Source of the DNA: Staphylococcus phage vB_Sau_P68
Sequence record: OL741057.1
Length of the DNA: 64,000 bases
Direction: 5' to 3' (one strand)
The notes under the pieces were generated by a model. It had not been told where the DNA came from. It made no database searches and was given only the letters and a program-made list of their open reading frames with translations. This document shows, piece after piece, positions 50,423 to 58,695 of this stretch (within the stretch, counting starts at the first letter, position 1; each line of letters starts with the position of its first letter). A program made the translations under genes and the position numbers.

Positions 50423-50460
50423 AGAGACCTATTGACAGGTCTCTTTTTTTATGATATATT
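50423..50460 (+). terminator. terminator hairpin whose loop and 3' arm carry the -35 box of the next promoter
   Basis: AGAGACCT-ATTGAC-AGGTCTCT plus TTTTTTT. TTGACA at 50432-50437, 17-nt spacer, TATATT at 50455-50460. Confidence 0.6.
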
Positions 50461-50490
50461 TTAAATATAAAAAAATAAAGGATTGATTAA

Positions 50491-51183
50491 ATGGAAGGTA
50501 AAAAATTTAATAGGTTGACAGTACTAGAATACTCTCATAAAAAAGGAGGTAAAAAATATTATTTATGTGAATGTTCGTGCGGTAATAAAACATATGTTAG
50601 ACAGGATAAAATAAAAAGCGGGCATACAAAATCATGTGGGTGTCTTATGAAAGAGTCTAGTTCTAGAATAGGTAAAAATAAAAAAACCCATGGAAAAACA
50701 GATACTGCAGAATATATGGTATGGTGTGATATGAAATCTAGATGTTTTAATGATAAAAATATAGCTTACAAAAATTATGGTGGTAGAGGTATTACTGTGT
50801 GTGATAGATGGAAAAAGTCTTTTAATAATTTCTATGAAGACATGGGAGATAGACCTACCAATAAACATCAATTAGATAGAAAAGATAATGATGGTAACTA
50901 TTCTCCGGAAAATTGTAGATGAGTAACTCCGAGTGAAAACAGCGTTAACAGACGAAATAAAGGAAACAATTCCGGAATAAAAAACATTCATAAAGATGGT
51001 AATAAGTATTATGTAGTAGTAACAAGAGACAAGATAAAAAGAATTTCTTCATATACATCATTGGAAAATGCTATAAAATTAAAAAATTTATATATTGAGG
51101 AATACAAAGAAAACAAATCAGATTGGGTTAAAAATACACTAAAAAATAATTACAAAAAAGTGTTGACAAAACATAATACATAG
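50491..51183 (+). pseudogene. AP2/zinc-ribbon HNH-family endonuclease-like gene interrupted by an in-frame TGA at a conserved Trp codon
   Basis: ORF at 50491-50922 ends ...SPENCR-TGA, then continues in frame as VTPSENSVNRRNKG... to a TAG at 51181-51183. The paralogue at 54287-55018 has ...GNVKWSNASEQSFNRR at the same place, so the TGA sits where a W is conserved. Confidence 0.55.
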
Positions 51184-51191
51184 TGTATAGT
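51164..51191 (+). promoter_or_regulatory. sigma-A type promoter (TTGACA-16-TATAGT)
   Basis: Sequence match upstream of the gene at 51223. Confidence 0.5.
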
Positions 51192-51222
51192 TATATATGT
51201 AATCAAATAAAGGAGGAATTGC

Positions 51223-51531
51223 ATGGCATTATTTTTAACAATATTATCTATTTTTATTGTTTTCTTAGTCCTTGTAGGTTTTGGTATAAGTTATCTGTTT
51301 GACTTTCTATCTATGAAAGAACATAAGAGTAATATACGAAGACAGTACAGGGAAATGGTTAGACAAGGTAGACTAAATGACTATGAGTTAGAACAGTATA
51401 TCAAAAACAAAAAACAGTTTTTGAATGACCGTAGACAATCTCTTGTTACCAAAGCAGATAAACTAGAAATAGACAAAGAGGAAAAAGCTTTAAATAGCTT
51501 AATAAAAGAAATAGAAAAAGGAGAAATGTAA
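51223..51531 (+). CDS. small membrane protein (102 aa), translationally coupled to the SPFH gene
   Basis: N-terminal TM segment. Stop overlaps the next start (ATGTAATG). Confidence 0.5.
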   Translation: MALFLTILSIFIVFLVLVGFGISYLFDFLSMKEHKSNIRRQYREMVRQGRLNDYELEQYIKNKKQFLNDRRQSLVTKADKLEIDKEEKALNSLIKEIEKGEM

Positions 51532-52325
51532 TGAGAAAGTCAGTCGTAATTTCAGGAGTAATAGGGTTTTTAGCAATTATAGGATTTATTATTTTATTAA
51601 TGTGTATCACAAAAATTCCACAAGGACATGTTGGTGTTGTGTACTCAGTCAATGGTGTCAAGGAAGATACTAAATCACCAGGGTGGCATTTAACAGCCCC
51701 ATTTGATAAGGTAAATAAATACCCAACTAAAACACAAACACATAAATATAAGGATTTAAATGTAGCAACGAGTGATGGTAAAAATTTAACAATGGATATT
51801 GATGTTTCTTATAAAGTAGATGCAACTAAAGCTGTAGATTTATTTAACCGTTTTGGTAGTGCAGATATTGAAGAGTTAGAAAAAGGATACTTACGCTCAC
51901 GTGTGCAAGACAATGTGCGTCAAGCAATTTCTAAATACTCAGTAATTGATGCATTCGGTGTTAAAACTGGTGAAATTAAACAAGATACATTAGATAAGTT
52001 AAATAAAAACTTAAAGTCTCAAGGATTCATTATTGATGATATTGCACTATCTAGCCCTAAAGCTGATAAGAACACTCAAAAAGCAATTGACGAACGAGTT
52101 AAAGCTAACCAGGAATTAGAACGTACTAAAGTCGATAAACAAATTGCGGAACAAAATGCTAAGAAAAAAGAAGTAGAAGCCAATGGTGATAAGAAAGCCA
52201 ATGAAATTAGAAAAGAATCACTGTCTGAAGAAATTATTCAACAACAATTAATTGAAAAATGGGACGGTAAGCAACCTATTACTTATCCTAACTCTAATGG
52301 TGTTATATTAGATATGAAAAAATAA
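51531..52325 (+). CDS. SPFH/band-7 (prohibitin/HflC-like) domain membrane protein (264 aa)
   Basis: N-terminal TM, then a band-7 core (HVGVVYSVNGVKEDTKSPGWHLTAPFDKV...), then a coiled-coil C-terminus. Confidence 0.65.
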   Translation: MRKSVVISGVIGFLAIIGFIILLMCITKIPQGHVGVVYSVNGVKEDTKSPGWHLTAPFDKVNKYPTKTQTHKYKDLNVATSDGKNLTMDIDVSYKVDATKAVDLFNRFGSADIEELEKGYLRSRVQDNVRQAISKYSVIDAFGVKTGEIKQDTLDKLNKNLKSQGFIIDDIALSSPKADKNTQKAIDERVKANQELERTKVDKQIAEQNAKKKEVEANGDKKANEIRKESLSEEIIQQQLIEKWDGKQPITYPNSNGVILDMKK

Positions 52326-52353
52326 AATCTAATATAGATAAGGATGGGTACTT

Positions 52354-53298
52354 ATGGGTAGAAAATTAACTCAAGAAGAATTTATTAAAAAACTTAAAAA
52401 TAAATTTCCTAATGATACTTTAGAACTCATGGACGATTATAAAAACAAAAGAACTAAAGTTATGATTAAACATGGTGAATGTGGTAGGATTATAGATACT
52501 AGAACAGCAGGTAACTGGTTGCACACAGCAATCAGTCCTTGCCCTTTTTGTAATGACCCTAGAAATAAACCATTAGAAGAATTTTTAAAAGAAGTTGATG
52601 AACATAGTAAAAATACTCTAAAGTATATAGAGGGGTTTGAACACAAAAATGGTTCTAATATTAAATTGCAATGTTTAAAATGCAGTAACATATTTGAAAA
52701 GACACAACAAAATATAAAAAGAAATATTAAACGTAATGGTAGTATTTGCCCTTACTGTAGTAAACTTAGAAACTTAAGTACAGAAGAGTTTAACAATAAG
52801 TTATTACAAGAAACCGATAATAACTATTCTATTTTTGGAGAATATAATAATGTATCAACGAGAATTAATGTTATACATTCTAAGTGTGGTAAGATAACAA
52901 AAAGTATAACACCTAAAAGAGCTTTACGAGGGTTATGTTGTAATCATTGCTATCCTAGAAGTGCTTCATATAAAGAGAGGTTTATTATAGATATATTAGA
53001 TAAAAATAGTATAGAATATACACGTGAAAAGATATTTAATGACCTTAAAAGTTCAGGAGGATATTCTTTAAGATTTGATTTCTGTCTATTTAAAGAAAAT
53101 GATATTATACTTATTGAGTATGATGGAGAACATCATTCAAACGAAGAAGGTTATTTAAGTAATAACACTGTAAAAAATGATAAAATAAAAAATGATTACT
53201 GTTACAATAATAATATTAAGCTTTATAGAATAAAAGATTGTTCAGATGAAGGTTTAGAAATAAAGATTAATAATATTTTATCGGAAATGGAACTATAG
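52354..53298 (+). CDS. endonuclease-like protein with N-terminal zinc-ribbon repeats and C-terminal PD-(D/E)XK (DUF559-like) core (314 aa)
   Basis: Multiple CxxC pairs. RFDFCLFKENDIILIEYDGEHH is paralogous to the 431-aa gene at 24022-25317. Confidence 0.6.
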   Translation: MGRKLTQEEFIKKLKNKFPNDTLELMDDYKNKRTKVMIKHGECGRIIDTRTAGNWLHTAISPCPFCNDPRNKPLEEFLKEVDEHSKNTLKYIEGFEHKNGSNIKLQCLKCSNIFEKTQQNIKRNIKRNGSICPYCSKLRNLSTEEFNNKLLQETDNNYSIFGEYNNVSTRINVIHSKCGKITKSITPKRALRGLCCNHCYPRSASYKERFIIDILDKNSIEYTREKIFNDLKSSGGYSLRFDFCLFKENDIILIEYDGEHHSNEEGYLSNNTVKNDKIKNDYCYNNNIKLYRIKDCSDEGLEIKINNILSEMEL

Positions 53299-53325
53299 TA
53301 GACGCAACAGGTAAATAGTAATAAT

Positions 53326-53353
53326 GAGAGAGGTTAATACCTCTCTTTTTTTA
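53326..53353 (+). terminator. rho-independent terminator
   Basis: GAGAGAGGT-TAAT-ACCTCTCT plus TTTTTTT. Confidence 0.65.
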
Positions 53354-53512
53354 TGTTTTAATTATCTGACAATGGTAATGTTTGTAACAAAACCTTAATA
53401 TTATTACACTAAATAGTGCTATATTATACTTGCGTTATTTAAAGATATATGTTATGATTACTTATGTCGATAAAATAATACATTATAAAAAATATTAAGG
53501 AGTTTTAAATTT

Positions 53513-54211
53513 ATGAAGAAAACAATTTTTGCAACATTAGCATTAGGTACAGCTATTACTTTTGGAGGTATTGCTACAAACGAAGCTAGTGCAGACGAAA
53601 TTGATTATAATAAATTAGCAGAACAAGCTAAATCAAATTCAGTAGAAGTAAATACAAAACCAATTCAAGAAGGTAACTACGACTTCTCATTTAGTGATGA
53701 AGAGTTTACTTACCATTTCTATAATTATAATGGTAACTTTGGTTACGAATACCACTCAGGTTCTACACAAGTAGATAATACAGTATCACGTTTAGCAGGT
53801 GAAGAGCAAACACCTGAACAAAAAGTAGACCAACAACAAGCTCAATTTAATGTTCAAAATGAACAAGATACTAAAAAAGATGTGCAACCGACATCAGTGT
53901 CGGCTCCAGTACAAAAAGAAACTAAACAACCTACACAATCTACAAGTAAATCAGGTGGTTCTGTTAAGGCTCAGTTCTTAAATGCAGGAGGAACAGAAGC
54001 TATGTGGAATTCTATTGTAATGCCTGAAAGTACTGGTAATCCTAATGCAACTAATGGACAATATTCAGGATTATTCCAAATGTCACCACAATCAGGTAAT
54101 GGTACAGGTTCTGTTGAAGAACAAACAAAATCAGCAATTAAATATGCCAACGAAAGATACGGTTCAGTAGAAAATGCTATTTCTGCTCGACAATCTAAAG
54201 GTTGGTGGTAA
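53513..54211 (+). CDS. secreted protein with C-terminal transglycosylase-like (IsaA/SceD-type) domain (232 aa)
   Basis: Signal peptide MKKTIFATLALGTAITFGGIATNEASA. C-terminus WNSIVMPESTGNPNATNGQYSGLFQM...KGWW resembles the staphylococcal IsaA/SceD transglycosylase-like domain. Confidence 0.55.
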   Translation: MKKTIFATLALGTAITFGGIATNEASADEIDYNKLAEQAKSNSVEVNTKPIQEGNYDFSFSDEEFTYHFYNYNGNFGYEYHSGSTQVDNTVSRLAGEEQTPEQKVDQQQAQFNVQNEQDTKKDVQPTSVSAPVQKETKQPTQSTSKSGGSVKAQFLNAGGTEAMWNSIVMPESTGNPNATNGQYSGLFQMSPQSGNGTGSVEEQTKSAIKYANERYGSVENAISARQSKGWW

Positions 54212-54220
54212 ATCATTAAA

Positions 54221-54256
54221 AGACATCTTGACAGATGTCTTTATTTATGCTATATT
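54221..54256 (+). terminator. terminator hairpin with TTGACA -35 box in its loop, fused to the downstream promoter
   Basis: AGACATC-TTGACA-GATGTCT plus TTATTTAT. -10 TATATT at 54251-54256. Confidence 0.55.
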
Positions 54257-54286
54257 AGTAATAGTCATTAGAAAGGAGTAAATATA

Positions 54287-55018
54287 ATGCTAGAAAATTT
54301 TGTATATTCTAAGAAACCTAACAGAATTAAAGGTGAAGTTTTAGATGAGAGAGGTAAAGTTTTTGGTAGGTTAACTGCTATTAGAATTGTAGAAAAAGCT
54401 AAAGGAGGTTCTAAATGGGAATTTAAATGTGAATGCGGAAATACAAAAGTATTAAATATAAGCCAAGTTAAAAGAGGTAAAACAAATTCTTGTGGATGCC
54501 TTCATAGAGAATCAGCCTCAAAAAGAATGAAAGATAAATTTAAAACACATGGAGCATCTAAAGAATCTTGGTACTCTAATTATAACAGTATGATACAGAG
54601 AACAGTAAATGAAGAATATAATTATAGAAATGAAATGACCTATGGGGAAGATTTTATACAAGGTAAATTAATAGAAGAAAGTTGGATAGATGACCCTTGG
54701 GAGTTTTATAAAGAAATAGGGGAAAAACCAAGCAAAAAACATTCCATAGATAGAATAGATAACAATAGAGGGTATGTAAAGGGTAATGTTAAATGGTCGA
54801 ATGCAAGTGAACAATCTTTTAATAGAAGACAGATGGGAGACCTACCTAATATAACTTTACAACCTAAAGGAACAAATAGAAGAGCTAGAGATGCTTACTT
54901 AGTTAAAGTAGGAAAAGAATATTTAGGAACAAGGTTTACTTTAGAAGAAGCTACAGAGCTTAGAGATGACTATCGTAAAAGAAAAGGACTTCCTGAAGTT
55001 ATAAATAGAATTGACTAA
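54287..55018 (+). CDS. AP2/zinc-ribbon HNH-family endonuclease-like protein (243 aa), intact paralogue of 50491-51183
   Basis: FGRLTAI...CECGNTKVLNISQVKRGKTNSCGC zinc ribbon. AP2-like W..Y.....W.....F..E.G..P region. C-terminal IDRIDNNRGYVKGNVKWSNASEQ is an HNH-like motif. Confidence 0.6.
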   Translation: MLENFVYSKKPNRIKGEVLDERGKVFGRLTAIRIVEKAKGGSKWEFKCECGNTKVLNISQVKRGKTNSCGCLHRESASKRMKDKFKTHGASKESWYSNYNSMIQRTVNEEYNYRNEMTYGEDFIQGKLIEESWIDDPWEFYKEIGEKPSKKHSIDRIDNNRGYVKGNVKWSNASEQSFNRRQMGDLPNITLQPKGTNRRARDAYLVKVGKEYLGTRFTLEEATELRDDYRKRKGLPEVINRID

Positions 55019-55051
55019 GATTAATTTCTTAGTCTTTTTTGTATATTATAG

Positions 55052-55080
55052 TTGACTTCTTAAGTTAACTATGCTATAAT
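55052..55080 (+). promoter_or_regulatory. sigma-A type promoter (TTGACT-17-TATAAT)
   Basis: Sequence match. Confidence 0.55.
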
Positions 55081-55112
55081 TAGTTTAACAAATAAATAAA
55101 GGAGGATAATAA

Positions 55113-55340
55113 ATGAATAAATTTAAAAGATGGTTTCGGATTAATGTTCTAAAAAAAGAAACCCTACTTTTTAAAGTTTATTGGAGATATGAATCACCAT
55201 CTTTAAAAAAACCTCATGTATTTCATATAGAGTTATATGCTAAGAGTAAAGCAGAGGCAAGAGACAAATCACACGAGTATATACTAAAAAATGCAAAGGC
55301 ATCTGAGGATTTTAAATTTTTAAAAGTAGAGGAGAAATAG
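55113..55340 (+). CDS. small hypothetical protein (75 aa)
   Basis: RBS AAAGGAGG. Confidence 0.45.
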   Translation: MNKFKRWFRINVLKKETLLFKVYWRYESPSLKKPHVFHIELYAKSKAEARDKSHEYILKNAKASEDFKFLKVEEK

Positions 55341-55342
55341 TT

Positions 55343-55573
55343 ATGGATGAAAAAAAGGAAAGTAAACCTCTAAACCTTCAAAAAATTAGAGTAGAAAAAG
55401 GACATACGTTAAGGAGCCTAGCTTCTGAAATAGGTGTTCATTACTCTCTCATATCTTATTGGGAGTATGGTAAAAAGAAACCAAGAAGTGCTAATTTAAT
55501 GAGGTTAGAGAAGGCATTAGATACTCCAGGTAAAGAGCTATTTAAGGAATTGGAGGAAGACGATGGAGAATAA
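55343..55573 (+). CDS. XRE-family helix-turn-helix transcriptional regulator (76 aa)
   Basis: LRSLASEIGVHYSLISYWEYGKKKP fits the HTH_XRE pattern. Confidence 0.6.
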   Translation: MDEKKESKPLNLQKIRVEKGHTLRSLASEIGVHYSLISYWEYGKKKPRSANLMRLEKALDTPGKELFKELEEDDGE

Positions 55574-56204
55574 TAATTTAGTTAATTTTTTAATGACTAC
55601 AGATGATATAGATGATACTATAGAAATGGTAGATTCATTTGAATTACAAGACATAAACAAAGTTTTAGGTGAAGATACGTTTTTAACAATAATGGAAATT
55701 ACAGATAGTCTTCCTGATAACCAATATAAAATAGTATTATTGTCTTCTTTAGACAAGCTATTAAATACAGATAGAAAAGAATTAGTAGAATATGACGAAG
55801 ACTTCCCTACTATACGGAAACATAATGTATCTGAATTAAAAAGGGACACAGTTAATTCTGTAATTGATAGTTATATGAATACTAATGTAGAAATACTTTA
55901 TGTAGAGTACCCTACTATTAGTAATTACAGTGTAGTCGTAGATTCTGTTAAAGTATTAAATACTCTGTATTTAATTGAAAATAGGAATGGTAAGATAGAA
56001 GCATCTCTGTCAGAGGACGGGGAAGACTTGCATGAATATATATCAGAGGAAGGTTACAGTGTTATTGATATTTTAAATAAATTTGATGATGTGGAAGATT
56101 TATTTGATGAAGATAGCAATATAAGTAATTTCTTTTCGGATATTGATGAAGGTAAAAACAAAACGATTAAATCATTTATTGAGTTGGTTATTAATTTAAA
56201 ATAA
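55563..56204 (+). CDS. acidic hypothetical protein (213 aa)
   Basis: ORF overlapping the upstream gene by 11 nt. Confidence 0.5.
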   Translation: MENNNLVNFLMTTDDIDDTIEMVDSFELQDINKVLGEDTFLTIMEITDSLPDNQYKIVLLSSLDKLLNTDRKELVEYDEDFPTIRKHNVSELKRDTVNSVIDSYMNTNVEILYVEYPTISNYSVVVDSVKVLNTLYLIENRNGKIEASLSEDGEDLHEYISEEGYSVIDILNKFDDVEDLFDEDSNISNFFSDIDEGKNKTIKSFIELVINLK

Positions 56205-56226
56205 ACTTAGTGGAGGTATTTGTTTT

Positions 56227-56415
56227 ATGAAAAAAGGATTATTTACTGTAATAGCGGATGGGTTTAAATTTAATGTAATTGCTAGAAATAAGGTAGAAGT
56301 AAAAGAACACTGTTTTAAATGTTTTGATTTTGATTATATTTCTATAACATTTTGTCGAGATATCTATTCTGACTATGATTACCCTCAGTTCATGGAGGAT
56401 TATAAATATGCATGA
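56227..56415 (+). CDS. small hypothetical protein (62 aa)
   Basis: RBS GGAGGT. Its 3' end overlaps the RNase H start. Confidence 0.4.
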   Translation: MKKGLFTVIADGFKFNVIARNKVEVKEHCFKCFDFDYISITFCRDIYSDYDYPQFMEDYKYA

Positions 56416-56833
56416 TAGAGTGAATATATACACTGACGGTAGCTCATCTTATAATAAAGGTAAAGTAGGCTCAGGTGCTGTATTAGTAAGTATAGATGGA
56501 AAAATTATATCAGAAATTAGTAAAAGTGTTGACAAACCAGGATTGATAAAGTATAATAATGTTGCAGGTGAAATATTAGCTTGTTGTTACGGTATTGAAG
56601 AGGCTATTAACTTAGGATACAAACAGGCAATAGTTTATATAGATTACATTGGTTTAATTCACTGGTATGAAGGTACCTGGTCAGCTAGAAATATACTAAG
56701 TCAAACATATATTAAGATGATACGAGAATACCAAAAAGTAATAGATATAAACTTTGTAAAAGTTAAAGCTCATACCGGAGATGAGTGGAATGAGTATGCG
56801 GATAACCTAGCAAAAAAATCTATAGGTATATAA
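56408..56833 (+). CDS. rnh: ribonuclease H (RNase HI-like)
   Basis: IYTDGSS...GSGAVL...AGEILA...KVKAHTGDEWNEYADNLA carries the RNase H catalytic motifs. Start taken at ATG 56408 with GGAGG RBS rather than the upstream Met of the ORF track. Confidence 0.7.
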   Translation: MHDRVNIYTDGSSSYNKGKVGSGAVLVSIDGKIISEISKSVDKPGLIKYNNVAGEILACCYGIEEAINLGYKQAIVYIDYIGLIHWYEGTWSARNILSQTYIKMIREYQKVIDINFVKVKAHTGDEWNEYADNLAKKSIGI

Positions 56834-56850
56834 AAAAAGGAGAAAATATT

Positions 56851-57471
56851 ATGAAGAGAATTAATTCAGTAATTAAAGGTAAAGGAAAGAAAATTCAAAC
56901 AACAGATGTTATGAAGATTAGTTATTATGTTAGAGACCACAACCCATCTATGACTTTAGAAGATGCAGAAGATTATAATGCAAACAGTCAATACTTAGTT
57001 AGTGATAATGGTAAGTTTATTGCAAAGTATAACAAAGAGCTGAACGCAGTAGGTTTCTATGAAGAATCAGGAGAAGACGTTAAACATCTAACACATACTA
57101 CACCTGAAAAATTAGAAGGAACTGTATTTACGATTGAAGAAGAAACAGAAATTGATTTAGTTAATGATGTATTACCTCAAGGAGATATTTTAATTAAGTT
57201 TACAGATGGTGATTTCTACTTACCTGATAATGAGTCAGTATCAAATACTGTAAATTACTTAGTAGGTAATGATTGGGATATGGTTGATGAAGTTATTTAC
57301 ACAGGATTATCTAAAGGTAAAGGGGAAAATTGTATTGTAGATTTTGATTCTAGTATTTATCATGAAGACTTATTTGATGATGATGATTATGATGATGAAG
57401 TTTGTGAAAATTATCCTGAATGTAACTGTGGTAAATACTGCTCTTCAACAGGTGAATATATAGGTAATTAG
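56851..57471 (+). CDS. hypothetical protein with acidic, Cys-rich C-terminus (206 aa)
   Basis: ORF with RBS AAAGGAG. Confidence 0.5.
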   Translation: MKRINSVIKGKGKKIQTTDVMKISYYVRDHNPSMTLEDAEDYNANSQYLVSDNGKFIAKYNKELNAVGFYEESGEDVKHLTHTTPEKLEGTVFTIEEETEIDLVNDVLPQGDILIKFTDGDFYLPDNESVSNTVNYLVGNDWDMVDEVIYTGLSKGKGENCIVDFDSSIYHEDLFDDDDYDDEVCENYPECNCGKYCSSTGEYIGN

Positions 57472-57522
57472 TACTATATTAAAAGAGAGTAAAACTATTT
57501 ATAGATAGGGGAACTTTAAAAT

Positions 57523-58263
57523 ATGGCAATACAACTAAAAGAATTAGACTTTAAGTTAAAAGATTATCCTAATGTACGATATAACATGGGAGAACACTTA
57601 GTATTTAATGACTTTCTAGAAATGGCTACAAAAGAACAATTAGATTTTTGTGAGGATTTCTTTGATGATGATGTTGAAATACTTTGGAATGAAAGTCAAG
57701 CCGGTACAGGTAAAACAATGTGTTCAGTAGCTTGTGCTTACGCTGATTATCTTAATAAAGACAGAAAATTAGTATTTGTAATTTCACCAGTATCTGAAGA
57801 TTTAGGTTCAAGACCAGGTAATCAAACAGAAAAAGAAATGGCATATTTCATGGGGTTACATGATGCTCTTATTGAACTTAATATGAGACCTGAACAACAA
57901 ATAACTGAAATGTTGCAAATGGAAGATAATGTTAAAGAAGATAAATTAGGTGAATGTTGGGTATCTCAAATATCACACCTGTTTTTAAGAGGTGGTAACT
58001 TAAGAGATGCTACTATAATTATAAATGAAGCTCAAAACTTTAAACGTAGTGAACTTAAAAAAGTACTTACTAGAATTCATACAAAGAATTCAACAGTAAT
58101 AGTTGAGGGTAACTTCAAACAAATAGATTTAAAAGATGAACGCAAATCAGGTTTTGGAGACTATATGGACTATTTTAGAAAGTATGACGGAGCAGTATTC
58201 CATAATTTTACAGTTAACTTCCGTTCTAAATTAGCCCAATACGCAGACGATTTTAAATGGTAA
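57523..58263 (+). CDS. phoH: PhoH-like ATPase (246 aa)
   Basis: Walker A ESQAGTGKT and a PhoH-like layout. Confidence 0.7.
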   Translation: MAIQLKELDFKLKDYPNVRYNMGEHLVFNDFLEMATKEQLDFCEDFFDDDVEILWNESQAGTGKTMCSVACAYADYLNKDRKLVFVISPVSEDLGSRPGNQTEKEMAYFMGLHDALIELNMRPEQQITEMLQMEDNVKEDKLGECWVSQISHLFLRGGNLRDATIIINEAQNFKRSELKKVLTRIHTKNSTVIVEGNFKQIDLKDERKSGFGDYMDYFRKYDGAVFHNFTVNFRSKLAQYADDFKW

Positions 58264-58272
58264 AATAATATG

Positions 58273-58301
58273 TTGACAAGCCTCCTTAGTTATGGTATAC
58301 T
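58273..58301 (+). promoter_or_regulatory. sigma-A type promoter (TTGACA-17-TATACT)
   Basis: Sequence match. Overlaps the 5' arm of the 13-bp hairpin. Confidence 0.5.
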
Positions 58302-58332
58302 TATCTTATAATAACTAAGGAGGATTTTTTAT
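58281..58332 (+). terminator. 13-bp perfect hairpin whose 3' arm contains the RBS of the downstream gene; terminator-like for read-through transcripts
   Basis: CCTCCTTAGTTAT-N17-ATAACTAAGGAGG followed by ATTTTTTAT and ATG at 58331. Confidence 0.55.
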
Positions 58333-58555
58333 GAATTATTTAGCTAAGGTATTTATTAATAACAGTTGGTTGGTAAAACTTATAACAATTGTATTACTAA
58401 CTTTATTTCTAAGCGGTCTAGCTTATGTTATAAGTGCAGTATCATTATTCTTATCAACAGTTTTAAATTTACCTGGTTTAGTAGTATTAGCATTTTTAGC
58501 AAGTGTAAGTCTTATTTTATTATCTGTAGTTAAAACAGTAAAGGAGGAAAAATAG
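58331..58555 (+). CDS. small membrane protein (74 aa)
   Basis: Two hydrophobic helices. Confidence 0.45.
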   Translation: MNYLAKVFINNSWLVKLITIVLLTLFLSGLAYVISAVSLFLSTVLNLPGLVVLAFLASVSLILLSVVKTVKEEK

Positions 58556-58557
58556 TA

Positions 58558-58695
58558 TGAAATTTTTAGATTTTTTATTAGATGATGATGGAGAAGTTGC
58601 AGAAGGTTTAAGAGGTAAGTCAGAGGAAGACATCGAAAGAGAGTACGAAATCAGTCAAGATGCCGGGGACGATTACATTGGAGGGCTTAGCTAAT
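58558..58695 (+). CDS. small acidic hypothetical protein (45 aa)
   Basis: ATG 3 nt after the upstream stop. Stop overlaps the next gene's ATG (TAATG). Under 60 aa. Confidence 0.3.

Noticed and set aside
50920-50922. TGA read as Trp (genetic code 4) genome-wide
   Set aside because: Other genes in the window encode Trp with TGG (e.g. CHAP domains, LysK). The TGA here is a single case, so a pseudogene or sequencing error is more likely.
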